Below are positions 1 to 9,000 of a DNA stretch of 64,000 nt, piece after piece. Both the position numbers and the translations under genes were made by a program. A model generated the notes under the pieces. The model was not told where the DNA came from and did no database searches. It saw only the letters and a list, made by a program, of their open reading frames with translations. The DNA lies in NCBI GenBank assembly GCA_964431835.1, contig CAYSKO010000005.1, forward strand, positions 52,167 to 116,166, read 5' to 3'. The first letter of the stretch is position 1. Every line of letters starts with the position of its first letter. This DNA comes from an uncultured Planctomycetia bacterium (GTDB lineage Bacteria > Omnitrophota > Gorgyraeia > 2-02-FULL-51-18).

Positions 1-3000
1 GTACCGAGAAGGCCGGAAATCTCGCGGCCAGCGCGCAGGATGTGTCCCGGGGAGAACCAGCCCTCGGCGAACACGTATTTGTCGTAAACGAGTGTGACGC
101 GCTCGAGGGCCGGCATGGAAAGAACGCTCGTGCGGTACCCGAGGACGGTCAGGCTTTCGAGGCCGGCCTCGTGCAGGCGGCGCTCCAGGAGGTTGAACGC
201 CTGGGTGTCGGGCTCGACGACGTGGAGCGTCTTGACGCGCGGGTTGGCTTTCGCGAAACCCACGATGTCTTCGGCGTTGTCGTAGGGGCCGATGAAAAGA
301 ACTTCGTCTTCCGGCCCGTACCCGTCGGGCCGGATCCCCGCTTTTCGCAAGTAGCGGTTCAGATTCTCGAAATCGAAAGCGTACATCCGGTGTGTCATCG
401 TGAGTGCGTTTCCGGAAGCGCCCGCCGCATACCGTTTATTCGTGCGCGCGATCCGGCCGTCCGTGTCCCACTTCTTGATCAGAACGGCGGGCTGGGAAGG
501 AAAACGCACGACGATCGTCCGGATCCAGCCGGAATCGAGCGTGTGTCTTTGCCGGCGGTCGGGGAAGCCCCCCATCAAGTGGAAGCGGCGAAAGAGGGCT
601 TCTTCGCTCCAATACCAATCGTCTCCGCTCGCTTCGGAGCGTGTGACGCCGAGCACGAGCCCACGGCCGTCGTTTTCGATCGACACGCGGACTTCCCCTT
701 GTGATTCCCGGAGCGAGCGCTCGACAAGAATTCCGAGCGCGCGGCGGAAACGTCCGGGGTGGACGCCGTTCGCCGCGAGGTTTATGGGCGCAAGGAGATC
801 GATTTGGACGCGAGCGGCCTGTCCCGGCGGCAGGGTCGCCAGCGCCTGCTGGATGAGCACGATCCCGTCGCTTTGGCTGCCGTCGTTCGCCATGCGCGCA
901 CCCGACGGCGCCGCGGATTTCGACCCGAACGCGGTGACGAGCGTTGGGAGAACGCCGGTGACGATCCGCAGATCGCCGCCGACGCGAGAGGATAAGCGGC
1001 CGACCAGCGAACGGCCGATCGTCTCGGAAGACCACGGCGACACTGCGCTCTCGTCCATCACGCGGAGAATCTCCTTCATGAGCACCCACTGCCGGGCGCG
1101 CCAGTATTTATCGAGCGTCGCATTCTCCACGCTTTCGAGATAAGCTTCGTGCGACGTCGTTTCCTCCTCCCGGGGCGGCAAAGGGAAATCGAAATCCGGG
1201 TCGTCGACGACGTTCTTGCTCCAGAGAGCGAGCCAATCGGAGAGAATTCTCCGCACGAGCGGCGACTTCCGGCCGTCGGGAAGCGCTTGCGCGAGATAAA
1301 GCAGCGTCCGCATGTTAGCGATGCTGACGTTCAGCTCCGTCCCCTCCGGATAAAGCCGCGCGACGAGCTCGTGGAACCGCGACGCGATCCCCGCGCCTTG
1401 GTGGGGCGGGAAGGTCGTGTAAGAAGGTTCGACGACAAGCCCCCCTTCTTTCATCGAATGGCGAAGGGCGAGCGTGGCCGCGAGCTGATCGCCGGACGAG
1501 CGGAACCAACCGGATTTCCGGTAGACACGGAACCGGGCGTAATGCGGCGCTCCGACGACCGGGTCTGAACGGAGATAGTAGCCGGGGCCGAAAGCGATGC
1601 CGTCCAACGCCTCGCCGACGGGGCGCGCGATATCGAGGGCCGGCGAGTCCGAATCGAGCAGCCGTTCGATGCGCCCCCGGGTGGCAGAGACACCGGTGCG
1701 GTAGAAGAGCCAAGCATTGTAAGTGCGCCGGAGGAATCGCGTGAAAGCCGGGCGGGCGCTCCCTTCCGCGGCCACCCGCGCGCCGGAGGCCCGGACGGGG
1801 TCGGCGGAAGGCGTCCCCTCAGGCGAAGGCGGAAGGTAAATGGTGCGGTAGCGTGCGGGGAGCGGACGGGTCGCGCCCTCGTCGTCAGTGGACGTTTCGA
1901 TCCGCGCCACGGAACGCAGCCGTTCGAGTGCCGGAAATTTTGAGCGCGGATAACGGTTCGTCACGTGAAGCCGCATCGAGTCGGCGAAGCTCGCCGGATC
2001 CAGGGCGTGCTCGTATTCGGGAAGCGCATTCCGGTTGTTCAGCCGGTATAAAAGGGTCGTGATCCCCGTCGAAGGCCCGCTCGACCAACCTTCGATGACG
2101 ACGCCTTCGAGCCCCGTTTGGATAAACAGCTCGCCTCCGCGGCGGAGTTTCTCGTTCTTGATCTGCGCGACGAGCTCGAGTTTATTCTGAACGTAGGGCA
2201 GAACCGAAGTTCCGATCAGGATCACGTCGGCTCTCCCCTTAAAGGGTACACCGAGGTCGAGATCGGCGATCGTCTGGTTCTTTTCGAACCACGCGCGGAA
2301 TTCCGGAGACAACCAGCGTTCGGCCTTGCGGCGGACGTCCGAGGGAAGGGACGCGAGGTATTTTTCACGGTCGATCGAGAGACGTTCCTTGTTCACGAAC
2401 CGCAGTTTCACCCGCGGGCCGTAACGTTCCCGGAGTTCCGCCGCCGACGCCCCGAGGCCGGCGCCGAGGATCCAGACGTCGATTTGCTTGCGGGTTTCGA
2501 GCCGCCTCTGAACTGACCTCTCGACCGCGCCTTGAGTCACGTCGTCCTCCTGGGTGAAATCGCGCGCGACGTTCTGTGTTCCGACGTAAGGATTTCCTTC
2601 GGCCATGCGCGCTCCCGCCGGCCGTTCGAGCACCATCATTTTCCCGCTGACGCGGGTGGGGAGGCCGGTGACGCGCGTCAATTCCTCGGCCGCGGTGCGG
2701 CGGAATTCGTCCTGGGCCTCCGAAAAGAGCTCGCGTAGGCGCCCCAGGGAGTTTTCGACTTCGACGCGAGACGCGTGCGCCGGATCGTCCGGGGAAAGAT
2801 TCAGCGTCTCGAAAACGCTGCCGAAAAATTGAGTGTAGGCGAGCCCCATCCCCAGCGCGGATTCGCCGTCGCGTATTTCGCGGGCCCATCTCAAAAGGCC
2901 CGGGGGCAAGGAACGGTACAAACCGCCGGCCGTCAGATCCTCCTCGAGTTTCTTTAAGGCGGCGGAATTCAAGAGCGCCGTGGCTTCGGCGTACATCGCC

Positions 3001-6000
3001 TCGTAAAGTGCCCCGCTCCGCGTGTTTTGATGGACGATCTGCTCCGCCTGGCGAAGGGCCCGGTTCACCGCCTGCCGCGAGACGAGGTCGTTCACCGCCT
3101 CACCCTTCCAGAGTCCGCCTCCGCGATCCATCCAGGTGACTTCCCCGCCCTCGAACGCCGTGCTGAAGACATAAGCTTCGGGGACGAGACGATCCCCTCG
3201 CTTGCGGAACACCGCGAGTTTTTCCATGTCGGCGCCGCCGGACAACGGCGAGAAACCAGCGACGAGCGCGCCGCCCTCGCGCAAAGCCGCCGCCAGCGCC
3301 TCCCGGTTTTCGGGACCCGGAACGTTGAAGACCCGGACGAGATCCGCCGGAGGAAGCGCCGCCGTACGGTAATCGGCTCGAATGAACGAAACGCCGTTCC
3401 TAGAGAACAGGTTCCACGGGGAGGCGACGACGGGCCAGCGAGAATGAACGGAAGTGGGCAGCCAGCGCCCGAGGAAACGCGTTAAGATCTCGGAAAAGCG
3501 ACCGCGCGCGGTGCCGCGAACCCGTGCGGCGTACACCGACGCCTCGGTGAGGGTCCGCGGGACGACGTCTCCGGCGAGAATCACTCCGGAGGACGTGTCG
3601 AGCGCCACGATGTTCCCGGCGGCGTCGAAGAGGATCGCCTCGACCGTCACCGTGAACGACAGCGGGCCCACGTCCTGGTTCGCCAAGAGACCGCTTCTTT
3701 TGGCGCTCACGACAACGGCAGGCCGCACGATATCGACGCCTTTTACCGTGAAGGCGCCGCGCGGCACGATTTCCGAAATCTTCTTCGCCATCTCGAGTGT
3801 AGTGACGGGCGGATAACCGACGCCGATGTCGTAGATTTGGAGTTTACGGCGTTCGGCGCGGGCGCGGGCGGCGAGAGCCGGCACGATCTCCGAAGCCAGG
3901 AAGTCATCGACGCGCCGCAGACGGCCCGCGAACGTCGTGAAGTTGGAGGAGCCCGCAGGACCAGCCTGCGCGGTCTCCAGTTTCTCGAGGACGATCCCGT
4001 AAGCCGCCGGCTTGTCGCCGTTCGGAAGGACCTCCGCCGAAACCACGCGGAAACCGCGGGAGGCAAAATAGCCGGAAGCTTCGTCGGCCGAAGCGAAGAC
4101 GTTTTCGAGCATCGCCGAGAAGATCGCCGCGTCAAGCCGGGATTTTTTGCGTTCCGTCTCAATGCGCCCGAGCGCGCGCGCCGGATCCGCCGGAAGCGGG
4201 CCGCGGCGTCTTTCCAGAAGCTCCGCGTTCGCCGCGGCGAAATCGCCGCGCTCGACGTGCGCCTTCAGAAGGTCGCAGAAATCCTCGGCGGCCTGGAGAG
4301 CGCCGGCCGCTAGAGTCGCTTCCGCCGTGTAATCGGAATCCGGGTGGTGCAGTGCGAGAACGGCCCGGCCGCCCGGCTTGAGAGCCCGCAGGAGTTCGGC
4401 GGCGGCGGCGTCGCGATCGGCATAATCGTAACTGAAACTGTAGAGGGCTGCGTCGAGCTCCCCGTCCACGAAGCCTGTGCTTTCGGCGGATCCGCGCCGG
4501 AAGTCGATGCGCGAAGGCGGCTCGCCTTCCCTGTCCATTTCGAAGATGTCGACGGCTGTGATGCTCGCGCCGGGGAAACGGCTGGTCATCACGCGGGACA
4601 AGAAAAGATCGGCGCCCGCGCCGATGTCGCCGAGCTTTCGTCCTTCACCGGTGCCCCAGTACGCGCGCAGGCCGTTTTCGATGAAAAGTTCGACGGCCGG
4701 CGGGTAGGTGTCGAACGATCCTTGGCGGTTTTGGCGCAAGTTCTTCTCCCACACATCCACCCAGCGATCCTCAATGTCGTCACTCGAAGCCTCGAACGCC
4801 ATCCGCACACCCGACGCCGGCAGACGCCAGAGCTCCGCGCTCTCCCCGTTTAAGAGGACGGTGACGGGCTCCCAGCCCTTCTTACGGAACGCGAACTCGT
4901 AGTTTTCCCACAGGTTCACGCGGGGGATCTTCGGGTAACGCTTCGCGATGCGCCCGGAGTTCGACGCGTAAAACGATTCGATTCCCGCGGCCCGGAGTTC
5001 CCGGACCATCTCAGCGATCGCGTTTTCGATCCAGGGCCGGAAGACATTGCGGACGGACGTCGGACGCAAGAGACGGTACCCTAGAGAGGGGTGCATTTCG
5101 TCGAAGATCGCGGAGGACCGGCCGTCGATCGTTTCGAATTTCACCTGGATCTGCCCGAACGACCCTCTCGGGCCGATGTCTTCCTGCGAGGATCGTGCGT
5201 CGAGGGCCGCGAGTCCGGTGTAGGCCTTCCGCGTCGCGGCGTCCGGCGTCACGACGTAAACGTCGAACGCGCGGTCGTACTCGATCGTCGCGCCCACGAC
5301 GCCGCCTTTTCCGCTCCATTTGATGGGTTGTGGGGTAGAGAATATTCCCCGCAGACGCTCGGCCGGGGCCTGCCCTCCATACACCATGCGGGCGCCGCTG
5401 GCGGAGGCGACGGCCTTGCGCTCGAGGGCGTGACCCACGTACAGCGGCCGGGCTTCCGCGCGGCCGGCGATTTCGGCCAGCTCGGCGTCCGAGACCGTCC
5501 TCAGATTGGCGTTATTGAACATGGCCTGCTCTTGTCCGGAAAGCGTTTTTTCGAAAAGCGTCCGCGTCGCGGCGTTCATGTGGAAGAGGCTGTCGGAAAG
5601 GTACGCGTTGGGCGCGGCGTCCGGCGGCGCGATGAATCCGTAATCGCGCAAAAGAAGGTCCATCGCGATCAGGTTCCGCATGTCGGGGTGGGTCCGCGTC
5701 ACTTCGGGGTATTCCTCGAAGTAGCGGTTTAAAAGCGCTCGAAAAAGGCCGGCTCCGCGCAGCTGGGTTCCGTCTTCCAGAGCGAACCGGATGAGGAAAC
5801 CGCGCAAGCCGTAAACCGAGTCGCCCGCCGCGTCCGTCATCCCGTCCGAGGCGTACACGGACATCACCGGTTGCAGGCCGTCCGCGTGTTTCGAGACGTT
5901 ATCCCAGACGTCGACGCGCAGCTGGCGCCCGGTCCGGGTCGTGAGCAGCGCGAGCTCTCGCCCGGGCAGTGCTTCCAGGAGGAAAGGCTTCCATCCCTCC

Positions 6001-9000
6001 GCCGACTGACCGAGCGCCATCCGCGCGCCGGTCGCTTGAAGAGCCGCGGGGATCGAACGGTCGGTCGAAATGAAGCGATAGAGAGAGAACTTCTCGAACG
6101 GAGGCAGCGCCGCGTCGTTCTTGTAAAGGCCGAGCAGCGTCTTGAGCGCTTGGGCGGAACGGTCCAGGCGGTACGCGCTCGCTAATTTCCAGTAAACGAG
6201 CCAGCGAGGATTGGTTTTTTCGATGAGTCCGACGAGCGGTTCGAATTCGGAGGGATAAGCCGGCGCCACGATCCCGGCCGCGATTTTTTCCGCCTCGGCC
6301 CATTCGACCGACGGAAGGGAGTCCATCACCCCTTCGGGAGCGCTGTCCAGCCTGCGCCCGGCTCTCCCCTTCTCCGAAAGAAGGATGTCCGTGTATTCCA
6401 ATTCCGTTGGCGCGAAGGTTTCCGTCGGCGCGCTCGAATCGTAGGCGTTGAGTCCCGCCAAAAGCGATTTCATGAGTTCCATCGCGAAGGTTTGATCGAT
6501 GAATTCCGGGCTCGTGACGATCGAAACGATTTTCCCCCGCGCGACGATCGGAACGAGCTGCCGCATCGCACGTTGGACGGCCGCGTCGCGGGCCCATCGG
6601 TCGGCTCTCGGCTCGTCGATGCCGGCGTCCCGATGGCTCTTACGGATCCTCTCGTACAACCCCATGAAGAAGTCGAGATCCACGTCGACGATGTCGATGG
6701 AGGGGGCGGAGAGAACGTCCTCGAGCGGTTTTTTCTCGAGACCGTAATGGAAATGAAAAGGGCTGTCGTCGGGCCGGGCATCCGCATCCCAAATCAGCCG
6801 CTGCGGAAGGACCTGGTCGTCGATCTCCGCCAAATGGAACCACGCCTCGGCGTCGATCAGGCCGGCGGCGACCAACGGCGCGATGAAGTCGTCGATTTCA
6901 TAACCCCGGATCGCTTCGGCGAGTTGGGCCGGATCTTCGACGTCGACCGGCGGGAGAAAGTCGAGATCGACCGGCTTCGCGAAAGCTCGTTTGGAGACCA
7001 GGTCGTCCGGATGCCGGTCCACGTGCAGAAGCGTCGAGTTGTTCCCGATGAGTCCCGTCCGCCTGGCTTCCAACCAAAACGGCAGCGCTTTGTGATGGTG
7101 GTCGCTTAGAAAAATCTGGCGGCCCGCCGACGTCGTGATCTTGAAGCTACGCTTGCCGAAAAGAGCGGAGTCCGTCGCGGCCGTCACTTCCGCGGGAACC
7201 TGAAACGTGCCGAACGGTTCCGCGCCGGCGGCCATCCTCGCACCTCGCTCCCCGCTCACCTCCAGCGCTTCCAGAGCGTCGAAAAGTTCGGAGCGCTTTC
7301 CGTCGAGTTCTTTCAGATCGACGCGCACGAGGCGCGCCACGAGCTTGCCGAGTTCCCGCTCGCCCGCGAAAAAAGAAAGCCGCGCGGTCGCACGGTCCAC
7401 GATACGCTGGTTCGGCGCGTAAAAAAGAGATTTGAACGTTTCGCGGCGCGTCGCGAGCGGTTGGTCCCACGCACGCATCGCATCGGGAGAACCGGCGGCC
7501 GCCGCGAGCGCCCGCTCGAGAGTGGGCCCGAGCTCCACGAGGCTCATCTGGGCGATCGAGACGCCGAGCGCGAAGAGATCCGCGTCGTAAGGGTTAAGCG
7601 GCACCTCTTCGGCGAAGGAGAGAACGGCGCTCGTGGGCATGTAGCCCGGCGTACCGCTGATCCCGTAAACCGATTCCACCCCGAGCTTCGCGCGGCTCAG
7701 CCCGTCCCCTTCGAGCAGGGACACGCCGAAATCGTGCAAAACCGGAGGCCGCGCGTCGATCTCGGCCGGCGTCGGCGCGCGCGGTCCGAAATACGAGGGA
7801 GGAAACCAGAAATTGGAGGGCTTCACGTCGCGGTGGGCCACGCCCCGGGAATGCACGTGGCGGAGCGTGCGCGCGAGCGTCTTAAAAAGATGAACGCGCG
7901 ATTCCGCAGGCCACTGCGCGATGAGACGCGACGCCTCCTCCGCATCGATGGCCTGCCGGGCAAGCGATTCGATCTCCTCCCGGGTACCGAAAGGCTCCAA
8001 AAGAAGCGCGACCGGGGTTGTGCGCGCCCGCAGGGCTGCCGCGAGATCCCGCAGGGCGGCTCGTATCTCCGGCTCGCCGCTCTTGGAAGACAGAAGATCG
8101 TAAACCGAAACGAGCTTCGCCGAAATTTCGCTGAAATCTTCCTGCGCACCGGCCGCTCGGGGCAGATCGCGGCGCGCACCTCCGGGATTCACCGCGTTTA
8201 AGATCGCAGCTTGCGCGACGATTCCGCGCAGGATATGGAGGGGTGGAAAAATTTCTCGAAGTGGCCGGGTTTCGAGCGTCGCGACGTCGGCCTCGTCCAG
8301 AGTGACGCGTCCGACCGAATCCACGGCGTACCATCCTTTCGGCAGGAGAGCAACGGAATCCCCGGCCCAGTACGCGCTCGCGAAGCCGCCGCTCCCAATG
8401 ACGCTCCCCACCAGGAAGTCCGCCATCCGCGCGGCGGATACCACGGGAATCTCGGCGGAGTCCGCGTCGCGCGTTTTCGTCGCGTAGCCGAGAGCGGCGA
8501 GGGCCGCTTTGGATTCGATCGCTGTCGCTCGTCCCGGGAAGCGCGTCGTCTCGACTTGCTTGGCCTGGTCGATCAGCTGGTAAATCCAGTCGAATTCGGC
8601 GGCGGGAAGCTTGCGGGCCGTCTCGAAAGTGCCGCGCGGAAGCATCGAGCCGGCGGCGGCGGGCTTTTTCCGGAGCGGCGCCAGAAGCAGCTCCTCGTAT
8701 TTCGCCTGGTTCGTTTCCGTGGAAACCGCCGGAGTGAGGACCGCGTACGAAAAACCGTCTTCGCGGAGAAGTTTTTTGAGGTGCGGCGTGTGGTAGCCGC
8801 CGGTGATCAGAATCGCGACGCTTTCCTTCTCCGCGGCGAGCGCCTTCGACGTATTCCGAACGAACGCAAAATCGCGTTCCCGCACCGAATCGTAAAAGGC
8901 TTCGAGCGGCGTCTTCGCCTTCTCGAGCGCGTCGCGGTACGGCACGAGATCCTCGAACGCGCCCGCTTCCGCGAGAAGACGGTTCACAAAAGCAAGGTAG

